Assembly (NCBI GenBank): GCA_963764365.1
Contig: CAVXSI010000020.1
Location: forward strand, 302,873 to 342,872
DNA: 40,000 nt
Direction: 5' to 3'
Origin: an uncultured Solirubrobacterales bacterium
GTDB taxonomy: Bacteria; Actinomycetota; Thermoleophilia; Solirubrobacterales; 70-9
Shown here: positions 18,726 through 27,960 of the stretch, one piece after another
How positions within the stretch are numbered: the stretch's first letter is position 1
Layout of the letters: each line of letters starts with the position of its first letter
Position numbers and translations under genes: made by a program
Notes under the pieces: model-generated
The model's input: the letters and a program-made list of their open reading frames with translations, nothing else
Database searches by the model: none
What the model was told of the DNA's origin: nothing

Positions 18726-18745
18726 CAGGTGGCCATGGCCACCTG
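18726..18745. promoter_or_regulatory. Perfect 20-nt palindrome in the 5' leader
   Basis: caggtggccatggccacctg, between the candidate promoter and the start codon at 18773. Confidence 0.4.
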
Positions 18746-18772
18746 GGACGAGCCATGCGACATGGGGGACAG

Positions 18773-20304
18773 ATGACTCCGATTCGGTTTCGGAAGTTGG
18801 CGCCGGCAGCCTCCGCGCTCTTCGCGGCGTCGCTGCTGTGCCTCGCGTTGGCCTCGACGGCATCGGCGGCGGAAAAGCTCTACTGGCAGAACTACGATTC
18901 CGAATCGATCGCCTTCTCCGGCATCGACGGCAACGGCGGCGGGGCGCTGAACATCGGCTCTGCGCAGGACATCGGCATGAAGGGGCTGGCGATCGACTCG
19001 GCCACCGGTCGCGCCTTCTGGTCGAGCACCGATTCCGGTGAATCCGGGAAGATCTTCTCCGCCAATCTCGACAACAGCGGCGGCGGCGAACGCTTCAACA
19101 CCGGCTCGGCGCCCGTCGACGAACCGTATGGCGTCGTCATCGATCCGATAACGAGGACGATCTACTGGGCCAACTACGGCACCGGCGAATCGGAAGGCTC
19201 GATCGGATACGCCCAGCTCGACGGCGGCTCCAGCGGCCAGCTCGATGACCACCGGGGCTGAAGTCGACCACCCGGGTCCGCTGACGCTCGACCTCGCCTC
19301 CGGAAGGATCTACTGGGGCAACTACGGCTCCGAAACCATCGACTACGCCAAGCTCAGCGGTGGCGGTGGCGGCGAACTGGACACGAGTCCCGTGTCGTTG
19401 GAAAACGATGCGACCGGGCTGGCGATAGATCCGTCTGCCGGGAGGATCTACTGGAGCGAAAATGAATCGGCACGGATCTCCTACGCCAATCTCGGCGGCG
19501 GGGGCGGCGGCGAACTCAATACCGAAGGCGCGACCTTCGAACGGCCATATGGGATCGCAATCGACCCGCTCGACGGGCGGGTCTACTGGGGCAACTACGG
19601 AAATGGGGAAGTGCGAGAAGGCGCGATCGCCTACGCGAGCCTCGGCGGTGGCGGTGGCGGCGACCTGACCATCTCCGCGCCGGCGACGGTCAGCGGACCG
19701 CAGGACCCCGTCGTGCTCGCGAGCCCGAGCGCGCTGGCCCCGCCGACGATCGCCGGCGGCTGGGTCAACGGCTCGGTCCTGACCTGCTCGAGGGGCGTCT
19801 GGGCCGCCGACTACGCCGGTTCCTACACCTACCGGGCGCCGCATGCCTACGCCTATCGGTGGACCCTCAACGGGGTGCCGATCGCCGGCGCGACCGCGCC
19901 GACTCTAGCCGCCACCCAGGGGGGCGGCTACGCCTGCACGGTCACTGCCGCCAACGCGGCCGGATCGGCCACCCAGGCAAGCACTCGCTATGCGGTCGCC
20001 GGCGCGGTCAGGGTGAAGAAGGTCAGGCGGAACAAGAGAAAGGGCATCGCGACGATCGTTGCCCGCGTCTCCGCCCCCGGGCTGGTCACGCTGACGTGGC
20101 AGGAAGGTGGTCAAGCGGCGGCTCAACGCCAAAGCGGCGGGTACCGTGAAGCTGATCGTCAAGGCCAGGGGCAAGGCGAAGAAGACGCTCCGCAGGAAGG
20201 GCAAGGCGAAGCTGGCGACGACCATCCGCTTCACCGCCCTGGGCGGCGCGTCGGCGGCCATCGACAAGAAGATCAAGCTGAGGAAGAGGAAGCACCGGCA
20301 CTGA
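18773..20304 (+). pseudogene. Secreted six-bladed YWTD-like beta-propeller + Ig-like + basic C-terminal domain protein, broken by two +1 frameshifts
   Basis: Signal peptide MTPIRFRKLAPAASALFAASLLCLALASTASA. There are six [LFIV][YF]W blades. The blade-4 repeat is split at 19244-19248 (QLD|TTGAEV continues in the +1 frame). A second shift near 20094-20098 joins GLVTLT to GRKVVKRRLNAKAAGTVKLIVKARGKAKK... Confidence 0.7.
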
Positions 20305-20332
20305 GCGCGACGGGCCTCAGCGCCCGATCGAA

Positions 20333-20833
20333 CTAGGCGTCGGCCTCGACCTCGTGCAGCCGGTGTGTGTCGACGTCGTAGACGAAGCCGCGCACCTGGT
20401 CGCGGTGGGGGAGGAAGGCGGAACGGCGGACGCGGAGGATCGATTGGCGGACGTCGGCGTCGACATCGCCGAATGACTCGATCGCGAAGCTCGGGGCGAC
20501 GCCGGTCGCGGCCTGCAGCTCGTCGCGGAAGCCGTCGTCGGTGATCTTCTGCATGCCGCAGTCGGTGTGATGGATCAGCATCACCGCCTCGGTGCCGAGC
20601 TTGCGCTGGGATATCGCCAGCGAGCGGATCACGTCGTCGGCGATCACACCGCCGGCGTTGCGCAGCACGTGCGCCTCGCCGTCGCCGAGCCCGAGCGCGG
20701 CGAAGACGTCGAGGCGCGAGTCCATGCAGGTGACGATCGCCAGCCGGCGGCTGGGGCGGACATCGAGGTGCCTGTCGGGCAGCGACTCGGCGAAGCGGCG
20801 GTTGGCGGCGAGCAGGTCGTCGATCACGCTCAT
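20333..20833 (-). CDS. Beta-class carbonic anhydrase
   Basis: Zinc-ligand motifs VTCMDSR and HHTDCG. Confidence 0.92.
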   Translation of the reverse strand: MSVIDDLLAANRRFAESLPDRHLDVRPSRRLAIVTCMDSRLDVFAALGLGDGEAHVLRNAGGVIADDVIRSLAISQRKLGTEAVMLIHHTDCGMQKITDDGFRDELQAATGVAPSFAIESFGDVDADVRQSILRVRRSAFLPHRDQVRGFVYDVDTHRLHEVEADA

Positions 20834-20864
20834 CGGCGCGGACCCTAGCCAACCGCGTCGCCGC

Positions 20865-21128
20865 TCAGCGCGAGAGCAGTTCGTCGCAGCGCATCGCGGC
20901 GCGGCTGACGAACACGACCTCTCCGTTGCGGTGCGCCAAGCCGACGGCGACGAGCGCGTTGACGGCCCGGTCGGCGGCGTCGCGCTGGTCGAAGTCGGCT
21001 GTGTTCACCGTCATCAGGCGCAGCAGCTCTTGAAACGTGACCTGGGCCGGATGCAGCGCCAGCAGCAGCTGCAGGACCGCGGCCTCGATCGCGTCGTCTT
21101 CTTCGGCTGGTGTGCGGCTCTTGTCCAT
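20865..21128 (-). CDS. Hypothetical small protein
   Basis: ORF 20865..21146. The Met at 21128 is preceded by a purine-rich stretch (ggagacagggggagat). I recognise no family. Confidence 0.45.
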   Translation of the reverse strand: MDKSRTPAEEDDAIEAAVLQLLLALHPAQVTFQELLRLMTVNTADFDQRDAADRAVNALVAVGLAHRNGEVVFVSRAAMRCDELLSR

Positions 21129-21319
21129 ATCTCCCCCTGTCTCCACCTACCCAAGGCTGCTGCGGGAAGTTCTCTCCCCCCTCAGCTTCCTCTCGAGGCG
21201 GCTGAGACTCTGACATTTTCCGGTTGCGCCATTCGAGGTACCTCAATATAGAGGAAGTTAGAGCTTGTGTCTGCAAGGCGATTGTCTGAGCCTCGCGGGG
21301 GCCGCGGACCGGGCCGCGA

Positions 21320-23215
21320 TCAGGCGTCCTCGCGGACGCCGCCCATCTCGCTGAAGACGGCGGTCGGGCCGCTGTCGGAGCGCTGCTCGTCGGCGATCAC
21401 GTGCGAGACGGCGTTGATCAGCGCCAGGTGGGTGAAGGCCTGCGGGAAGTTGCCGAGGTGCTGCGAGCTCTGCGCCTCCAACTCCTCGGCGTACAGGTCG
21501 AGCCAACCGGAGGATTCGAGCAGCCGCTCGCAGAGCTTTCGCGCCCGTTCCGCCTCGCCGATCTCCGACAGCGCCGAGACCAGCCAGAAGGAGCAGATCA
21601 GGAAGGTGCCCTCGGCGCCGGCCAGGCCGTCGTCGGTCTCGTCGACCCTGTAGCGGAGGACGAGCCCGTGCTCGGTCAGCCGGTCGGCGATCGCGTCGAC
21701 CGTCGCCCGCACCCGTGGGTCGTCGGCCGGCAGGAAGCGCAGCAGCGGGATCAGCAGGGTCGAGGCGTCGAGCGCGTCGGTCTCATAGTGCTGGCGGAAG
21801 ACGCCGTCGCGAACGCCGCGCTCGAGGACCTCCTCGCGGATCTTCTCCGCCGTCCGCTCCCACTCGGCGGCGATCTCGTCGATGCCGACGCTGCGGGCGA
21901 GGCGGGCGCCGCGGTCGACCGCGACCCAGATCATCAGCTTCGAGGAGACGTAGTGGCGGGGCTCGCCGCGCGACTCCCAGATCCCCTGGTCGGGATGCGG
22001 CCAGGCGTCGATCGCGGTCTCGACCTGCTCGCGGATCAGTTTGCGGTCGGCCGGCGTGCCCGAGTTGCGCAGCGCTTTTTCGTGCAGGTAGATCGAGTCC
22101 AGCAGCGCTCCCCAGACGTCGTTCTGGCGCTGGTCGTAGGCGCCGTTGCCGATCCGCACCGGCCGCGCGCCGCCGTAGCCGTCGAGGTGGTCGAGCGTGC
22201 TCTCGGTCAGTTTCCGCTCGCCGCCGATCCCGTACATGATCTGCAGCCGCGGGTCTTCGCGGCAGACGCCGAGCACGAAGCGCATGAAGTCGCGCGCCTC
22301 CTGGTCGAAGCCCAGCGTGTGCAGCGCCCAGAGGCTGAAGGTCGAGTCGCGGATCCAGCTGAAGCGGTAGTCCCAGTTGCGTTCGCCGCCGGGAGTCTCG
22401 GGCAGCGAGGTGGTCGGCGCGGCGAGGATCGCCCCGGTCGGTGCGTAGGTGAGGCCCTTGAGGACCAGCGCCGAGCGCTGCAGGTGGATCCGCCAGGGGT
22501 GGTCGGGGAACGCGCCGTCGCGCAGCCAGGCGCGCCAGAACTCGGTCGTCGAGTCCATCCGCTCGACCGCCTCCGGGGCGCTGCGCGGCCCGCTCAGGCC
22601 GCCCTCGCCCCAGGTCACCGCGCAGAAGCACGACTCGCCGTCGCGCAGCCGCACCCGGCCGCGGGCGGCGCCCTCGCCGAGGGTCAGGTCGATGTCGCTG
22701 GTCAGCCGCAGCTCGGCCCCGTCGGCGCCGCGGGCGACCGCCCCGCCCATCTCGCCGCCGCTCCACTCGGCCGCTTCGGCGCCGTAGGCGAAGCGCGGCA
22801 GGCACTCCATGTCGAGCTCGACGTGGCCGTCGACACAGGTCGCCGTGCGCAGCAGCGAGCGGTCGGACTCGTGCCCGGTCTGCGGCCGTGAGCCCGGGCC
22901 CTCCTGCCCGGCCCACTCGGCGATCGTCAGCGCGTCGTGGACGACGACCCAGCCGGTCGAGGTGACCCAGGTCGTCTCGATCACCAGCGTCCCCGGCTCG
23001 TAGCGGCGGCTGATCGGCACGACGACGCCGCGGGGCGCGAAGCGGAAGTGGCCGGCGCCGCGGTCGAGCAGGGCGGCGAAGGCGCTCGGCGAGTCGAAGC
23101 GCGGGAAGCAGAGCCACTCGACCGAGCCGTCGTAGGAGACGAGGGCGCTGGTGTGGCAGTCGGAGAGGAAGCCGTAGCTGCCGATCGGGGGAAAGCGTTG
23201 GGAATCGGCGCTCAC
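21320..23215 (-). CDS. Glycoside hydrolase family 15 (glucoamylase/trehalase-like)
   Basis: N-terminal YGFLSDCHTSALVSYDGSVEWLCFPRFDSPSAFAALLD, then WDYRFSWIRDSTFSLWAL. Confidence 0.92.
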   Translation of the reverse strand: MSADSQRFPPIGSYGFLSDCHTSALVSYDGSVEWLCFPRFDSPSAFAALLDRGAGHFRFAPRGVVVPISRRYEPGTLVIETTWVTSTGWVVVHDALTIAEWAGQEGPGSRPQTGHESDRSLLRTATCVDGHVELDMECLPRFAYGAEAAEWSGGEMGGAVARGADGAELRLTSDIDLTLGEGAARGRVRLRDGESCFCAVTWGEGGLSGPRSAPEAVERMDSTTEFWRAWLRDGAFPDHPWRIHLQRSALVLKGLTYAPTGAILAAPTTSLPETPGGERNWDYRFSWIRDSTFSLWALHTLGFDQEARDFMRFVLGVCREDPRLQIMYGIGGERKLTESTLDHLDGYGGARPVRIGNGAYDQRQNDVWGALLDSIYLHEKALRNSGTPADRKLIREQVETAIDAWPHPDQGIWESRGEPRHYVSSKLMIWVAVDRGARLARSVGIDEIAAEWERTAEKIREEVLERGVRDGVFRQHYETDALDASTLLIPLLRFLPADDPRVRATVDAIADRLTEHGLVLRYRVDETDDGLAGAEGTFLICSFWLVSALSEIGEAERARKLCERLLESSGWLDLYAEELEAQSSQHLGNFPQAFTHLALINAVSHVIADEQRSDSGPTAVFSEMGGVREDA

Positions 23216-23232
23216 GGCCCGCTCAAGCTACC

Positions 23233-24165
23233 GTGGATTCCGTGAGCCTGCCGTTCGCCCACCTGGCGGTCGAGCCGACCGAGGTGATCCCGATCGTGAC
23301 CCCGGTCGCGATCGCCGCTGCCCTCTACTGGCGCCGGGCGCGGTCCCTCTCCCGGGATGGCCGCGGGGTGCCGCTGTGGCGCCGGCTCTGCTTCGGCTCC
23401 GGCCTGCTGACGATCGGGATCGCCCTGTTCAGCCCGATCGGCCAGATCTCCGACGAGCTGGTCCTCGCGCACATGGTCGAGCACCTGCTGATCGGCGATA
23501 TCGCGGCGCTGCTGATCGTCCTCGGCCTGACCCGCTCGCTGCTGCAGCCGATCCTCGCGATCCCCTTCTTCGACCGGCTGCAGATCCTCACCCACCCGCT
23601 TGTCGCCTTCCCGCTCTGGGCGGTGAACTTCTACTTCTGGCACATCCCGCCGATCTACGACGCCGCCTACGGCGCGGCGCCGATCCACGCGCTCGAGCAC
23701 ACCAGCTTCCTCGCGTTCGGCTGCCTGATGTGGATGCCGGTGTTCGGGCCGCTGCCGAAGCCGGAGTGGTTCGGCGCCGGTTGGAAGGTCGCCTACGTGA
23801 TCGCCGTGCGCTTCGTCAGCGCGATCCTCGGCAACGTCATGATGTGGTCGGGCTCGGTCCTCTACCCGATCTACGCGCCGGGCGAGCGCGAGTGGGGGAT
23901 CTCGGCGATTGCCGACCAGAGCACGGCGGGTGTGATCATGATGATCGAGGGCACCTTCCTCGCCCTCGGCGTGCTTGCCTGGGTGTTCTTCGAGGTGGCC
24001 CGCGAAGGGATCGAAAAGCAGGAGCTGCTCGACCTGGCCCGGGACCGCGGCGTGCCGCTGGACGAGCCCCGCGCCCGGCGGGCGGTCGCGGCGGGCCACG
24101 GTGCCCTGCTGGGGGAGCGGCTGAGCGCGGCGGGACACGAGCGCGAGCCGGACCGGGCGCGGTGA
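23233..24165 (+). CDS. Cytochrome c oxidase assembly protein (Caa3_CtaG family)
   Basis: Polytopic membrane protein with HMVEHLLIGDIAALLIVLG and HALEHTSFLAFGCLMW. The start is uncertain (GTG at 23233, 23242 or 23284). Confidence 0.82.
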   Translation: MDSVSLPFAHLAVEPTEVIPIVTPVAIAAALYWRRARSLSRDGRGVPLWRRLCFGSGLLTIGIALFSPIGQISDELVLAHMVEHLLIGDIAALLIVLGLTRSLLQPILAIPFFDRLQILTHPLVAFPLWAVNFYFWHIPPIYDAAYGAAPIHALEHTSFLAFGCLMWMPVFGPLPKPEWFGAGWKVAYVIAVRFVSAILGNVMMWSGSVLYPIYAPGEREWGISAIADQSTAGVIMMIEGTFLALGVLAWVFFEVAREGIEKQELLDLARDRGVPLDEPRARRAVAAGHGALLGERLSAAGHEREPDRAR

Positions 24166-24276
24166 GGGCCTGGCTCGTGACCGGCCCGCCGGGTCGCGGC
24201 CTCGCCTTCGCGATCGACTTCGCGGTGGCGGTGCGCCGCGGGCTGCTGCGGCGCGCGCGATAGGGTCCTGCGCTCG

Positions 24277-25659
24277 ATGGAGCCGACCGTCAAAGAGCTG
24301 CCGGACTCGCGGGTCGAGGTCGAGGTCGAGGTCCCGGCCGCCGAGGTCGAGCGCGCGATCAACCGCGCCGCCCGCGGGCTGGCGCGGGAGACGCGGATGC
24401 CCGGCTTCCGCAAGGGCAAGGCGCCGCCGTCGCTGGTGATCCAGCGGCTCGGCTTCGCCGCCGTGCTCGAGGAGGCGATCCGCGAGGCGCTGCCGGAGTG
24501 GTACGAACGGGCGCTGCTCGGGTCGGGCATCGCCCCGGTCGGCGACCCCAGCGTCGAGGTCGTCTCGACTCCCGAGGCGGCCGGCGAGCCGCTCCAGTTC
24601 AAGTTCTCGATCGGCGTCCGCCCGCCGGCCGAGTTGGGCGAGTACAAGGGCCTCGAGGTGGGGCGGGCCGAGCCCGAGCCGGCGGAGGAGATCGTCAACA
24701 CCGAGGTCGAGCGGATCCGCGAGAGCTTCGCCCGGCTGGAGCCGGTCGAGCGGGCCGCGGCCGAGGGCGACGCCCTGCTGATCGACTTCGAGGGCCAGGT
24801 CGACGGCAAGGCGTTCGAGGGCGGCGTCGCCGGCGACTACCTGCTGGAGCTGGGCAGCGGCCAGCTGATCGAGGGCTTCGAGGAGCAGCTCGCCGGGGCG
24901 AGCGCCGGCGAGTCCCGTCAGGTCGAGGTCGGCTTCCCAGAGGACTACCGGGCCGAGGACCTGGCCGGCAAGGACGCCGTCTTCGAGGTCGAGGTGAAGG
25001 AGGTGCGGGAGAAGATCCTGCCCGAGCTCGACGACGACTTCGCCTCCGAGGCCTCGGAGTTCGACACCCTGGAGGAGTTGCGCGCCGACATCGCCGAGCG
25101 GCTGGCCGAGGTGATGGATGAGCGGATCGAGCAGGACTTTCGCGTCGCCGCGGTCGACGCCGCTGCTGCGCAGGCGACGGTCGCGCTGCCGGAGGAGCTG
25201 GCCAAGGCTCGCGCCGAGGAGCGCTGGGAGCGGGTCGAGCGGCAGCTCGCATCGCGCGGGATGAGCCCCGACACCTACCTGCAGATGCAGGGGAAGACGC
25301 GCGATGAGGCGATCGAGGAGTCGCAGGCCGACGCCGAAGCGGAGCTGAAGCGCGAGGCGGTGCTGGCGGCGATCGCCGAGGCGGAGGAGATCGAGGTCGC
25401 CGAGGAGGAGATGGTCGAGGCGCTCGAGCACACCGCCGAACACGAGCGCACCAGCCCCGAGAAGCTGCTGAAGCGGCTGCGGGAGAACGGCCGCGACGCG
25501 ATGATCCGCGAAGACATCCGCATCCGCAAGGCGATCGACCTGGTCGCCGAGTCGGCGAAGCCGATCCCGCTCGAGCAGGCCGAGGCGCGGGAGGCGATCT
25601 GGACGCCGGAGAAGGAGAAAGAGGAGGCCGGCTCCCTCTGGACGCCGGGCGACGACTGA
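24277..25659 (+). CDS. tig: Trigger factor
   Basis: [10 protein letters not shown] ribosome-binding motif, PPIase-like middle domain and acidic C-terminus. It is syntenic with clpP. Confidence 0.95.
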   Translation: MEPTVKELPDSRVEVEVEVPAAEVERAINRAARGLARETRMPGFRKGKAPPSLVIQRLGFAAVLEEAIREALPEWYERALLGSGIAPVGDPSVEVVSTPEAAGEPLQFKFSIGVRPPAELGEYKGLEVGRAEPEPAEEIVNTEVERIRESFARLEPVERAAAEGDALLIDFEGQVDGKAFEGGVAGDYLLELGSGQLIEGFEEQLAGASAGESRQVEVGFPEDYRAEDLAGKDAVFEVEVKEVREKILPELDDDFASEASEFDTLEELRADIAERLAEVMDERIEQDFRVAAVDAAAAQATVALPEELAKARAEERWERVERQLASRGMSPDTYLQMQGKTRDEAIEESQADAEAELKREAVLAAIAEAEEIEVAEEEMVEALEHTAEHERTSPEKLLKRLRENGRDAMIREDIRIRKAIDLVAESAKPIPLEQAEAREAIWTPEKEKEEAGSLWTPGDD

Positions 25660-25697
25660 GCCGTGGCCCGCCGGATGCCTTCTATAGAGTGCGCGCC

Positions 25698-26282
25698 ATG
25701 AGCCCACTGGTGCCGATGGTGGTCGAGCAGACGTCGCGCGGCGAGCGCGCGTTCGACATCTACTCGCGCCTGCTCAGCGAGCGGATCGTCTTCCTGGGGA
25801 CGCCGGTCACCGAGGACATCGCCAACCTGATCGTCGCTCAGCTGCTGCACCTCGAGTCCGAGGACCCGGACAAGGACATCAGCCTCTACATCAACTCCCC
25901 CGGCGGCTCGGTCTACGCCGGCCTGGCGATCTACGACACGATGCAGTTCATCAAGCCCGACGTGCAGACGATCTGCGTCGGCATCGCGATGAGCATGGGT
26001 GCGCTGCTGCTCTGCGGCGGCGCCGCCGGCAAGCGGATGTCGCTGCCGAACTCGAAGATCCTCATCCACCAGGTCTCGGCCGGCTTTCAGGGTCAGGCGA
26101 CCGACATCGAGATCCACGCCAAGGAGATCCTCGACACGCGCCGCCGGCTCGACGAGATCATCGCCAAGCACACGAATCAGCCGTTCGACAAAGTGACGAG
26201 CGACACCGATCGCGACTACTTCATGAGCGCCGAGGAGGCGAAGGAGTACAGCATCGTCGACCGGGTCATCGAGCACCACTGA
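25698..26282 (+). CDS. clpP: ATP-dependent Clp protease proteolytic subunit
   Basis: [26 protein letters not shown]..., GIAMSMGA (Ser) and IHQ (His). An alternative GTG start lies at 25689. Confidence 0.96.
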   Translation: MSPLVPMVVEQTSRGERAFDIYSRLLSERIVFLGTPVTEDIANLIVAQLLHLESEDPDKDISLYINSPGGSVYAGLAIYDTMQFIKPDVQTICVGIAMSMGALLLCGGAAGKRMSLPNSKILIHQVSAGFQGQATDIEIHAKEILDTRRRLDEIIAKHTNQPFDKVTSDTDRDYFMSAEEAKEYSIVDRVIEHH

Positions 26283-26293
26283 GGTGGTGGGGG

Positions 26294-26411
26294 GGCGGCG
26301 ATCCCGGCAGGGGTTCCGCTTAACTTTTTGCGAAGGGGAGTAGAAGGGCTGGCGCCCGGAGCGGCGCGCGCAAAAAGTACAAGACGCTCCACCCCTGCCG
26401 GGATCGCCGCC
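26294..26411. repeat. Structured repeat B, copy 1 (118 nt long hairpin)
   Basis: Perfect 20-bp outer stem (ggcggcgatcccggcagggg / cccctgccgggatcgccgcc). Conserved blocks GGGGTTCCGCTTAACTTTTT and AAAAAGTACAAGACGCTCCACCCCT. Inner stem ctttttgcg / cgcaaaaag. Confidence 0.8.
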
Positions 26412-26909
26412 TTCCTTCTCGCCGTCGTCGTGCTCGCTCACCCGGTCGCTTCGTTTGGAAGCTGGGGGAGGGATGGGGGCGTTGCGTACTTCGCGCATGT
26501 CTTTCCGGTGGACGGGCCGCACGGCACGCGCGGGCCGATCGGCGAATTCGGGGCGCCGCGCGACGGCGGCCGCACCCACGAAGGCTTCGACATCGTCGCC
26601 GCCTGCGGCACGCCGCTGGCCGCCGCGGCGACCGGACGGGTGCTGCGCGCCGGCTACGACCCGGTGCTCTACGGCAACTACCTGCTGATCCACGGCGAGA
26701 GCGAACACCGCAGCTTCTTCTACGCCCACCTGCGCCAGCCGGCCGCAGTCCACCGTGGCGACCGCGTCTGGGCCGGCGAGTCGGTCGGCGCAGTCGGCAG
26801 GACCGGCAACGCCCGCACCGTCGGCTGCCACCTCCACTTCGAGATCCACGTCCGAGGCCGCCCGGTGAACCCCGAGCCCGAACTGCGCCGCTGGGACCGC
26901 TACAGCTGA
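26328..26909 (+). CDS. M23 family metallopeptidase (LytM domain), secreted
   Basis: HEGFD (HxxxD) and HLHFE (HxH) motifs. The signal-like IAAFLLAVVVLAHPVASF needs a start inside repeat B (TTG at 26328), so the start is uncertain. Confidence 0.8.
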   Translation: MRRGVEGLAPGAARAKSTRRSTPAGIAAFLLAVVVLAHPVASFGSWGRDGGVAYFAHVFPVDGPHGTRGPIGEFGAPRDGGRTHEGFDIVAACGTPLAAAATGRVLRAGYDPVLYGNYLLIHGESEHRSFFYAHLRQPAAVHRGDRVWAGESVGAVGRTGNARTVGCHLHFEIHVRGRPVNPEPELRRWDRYS

Positions 26910-27116
26910 GGGGACTATCTTCCAAACCGACCGGGTCGCCGACGCTCCCACCCCCGCGCGAGGGGGTACCGGGTCGACACGGTCGTGCTGCTTCCGCTTT
27001 TCGTCCGGAGCGGGCATCTATGGCTCGCAGTCCAGGCGCTCGAAACCGCGTGGTTGCGAGCGCATCGGTAGACCCGGCCCGCACTCCTGCAGAGGACGAG
27101 GAGCGAGACACCGTGG

Positions 27117-27404
27117 TCAGCCGGCGGCGGCCACGACCTCGCCGGAGCTTCGCTCCGTCGGTGCTGCCAGGAGCGGGACTATGTGCTCCTTCATCCATGG
27201 GCCGCCGATCTCGGACTTGATCCGCTCCTCAGTCTCGAGGTCGGGGAAGGTGAGGATCAGGATCGCGTGGCGCTCGTCAACCCGAACCAGGTTGGCGGCA
27301 AGCCCGCCGGCATCGACGAGCTGTCGGCAGACGTCCTCGGCCGAGGCGATGAGATCCCCTGGAAGGGGCCGCTCGAAGCGAAGGTGGTTGACGACGATGC
27401 GCAT
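27117..27404 (-). CDS. Small ABM-like (dimeric alpha/beta-barrel) protein
   Basis: 95 aa. The MRIVVNHLRF...HAILILTFPDLETEERIKSEIGGPWMKEHIVPLL pattern resembles the antibiotic-biosynthesis-monooxygenase fold. The assignment is tentative. Confidence 0.5.
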   Translation of the reverse strand: MRIVVNHLRFERPLPGDLIASAEDVCRQLVDAGGLAANLVRVDERHAILILTFPDLETEERIKSEIGGPWMKEHIVPLLAAPTERSSGEVVAAAG

Positions 27405-27554
27405 CTGGTGATCTTAGGCCGCCGACGCCGTCGGCCGTCGCATCGGCGCTGGCTCCGCGGAACCGCCTTGGCTGCGCAAAGTCGTGACGAAGTTGGTTCC
27501 GAATCGGCCCAGACTGCGCGCCACGCGCGCGGATCGGTCTGTCAGAATCCGGCT

Positions 27555-27944
27555 ATGCGCCGAAGGGAATCGTCTGAGCGGCTGGAGCGCGGCGAGGAGT
27601 TGATGCAGCTCAACCGCACCGCATTCGATCGCAACACGCAGGTCTTCGAGCGAGTGATGGCGGCCCTGGATCGCCACGAGCAGATGTTCGAGGAGAACCA
27701 GATCTTCATGCGGGACATGAACCGCAGGAACGAGATCGTGACCCAGCAGATCATCGGCGACCATCAGAAGTTCATGAAAGGCCTGAGCGTGCGGGACGAG
27801 AAGGCCGACCGCGAGCGCGCGAAGGCCGATCGCAAAACCGACAAGATCCTGGGCGAGCTGAAGGATCTGCGGGAAGAGTCGCGGGCCCAACGCCAAGCGC
27901 TCCTGGCGATGATCGACCGCCTACCGCCCGCACAAGCCGCTTAG
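27555..27944 (+). CDS. Hypothetical charged coiled-coil protein (visibly lower GC)
   Basis: ATG at 27555. The 129-aa product is rich in E/R/K/Q/M heptad-like sequence (LMQLNRTAFDRNTQVFERVMAALDRHEQMFEENQIFMRDMNRRNEIVTQQI...). Its codon usage differs from the neighbouring genes. Confidence 0.55.
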   Translation: MRRRESSERLERGEELMQLNRTAFDRNTQVFERVMAALDRHEQMFEENQIFMRDMNRRNEIVTQQIIGDHQKFMKGLSVRDEKADRERAKADRKTDKILGELKDLREESRAQRQALLAMIDRLPPAQAA

Positions 27945-27960
27945 AACCTGTCTCGAAGCC

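Noticed and set aside
19241-19261. Programmed +1 or -1 ribosomal frameshifting in the beta-propeller gene.
   Set aside because: There is no slippery heptamer, rare-codon pause or downstream pseudoknot at either site. Two independent shifts in one gene fit decay or sequencing error better.
19985-19993. Exact A-core 9-mer CGCTATGCG inside the beta-propeller gene.
   Set aside because: The flanks are not complementary and not AT-rich, so it is likely a chance occurrence of a 9-mer.
26294-26411. Repeat B as an integron attC site, since GCTTAAC fits RYYYAAC.
   Set aside because: The partner box is GTACAAG rather than GTTRRRY. There is no integrase or cassette array. Twenty bp of additional pairing lies outside the boxes. 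The flanking genes are housekeeping genes.
26294-26411. Repeat B copy 1 as a ydaO-type c-di-AMP riboswitch, since it lies upstream of a cell-wall peptidase and contains CGCUUAA.
   Set aside because: The other conserved ydaO segments that I recall are absent. The interior is not conserved between the two copies. The second copy precedes maf.
26985-27017. Intrinsic terminator candidate (ccgct-tttcgtccgg-agcgg) between the M23 and ABM genes.
   Set aside because: The stem is only 5 bp and there is no proper U-tract. The support is too weak.
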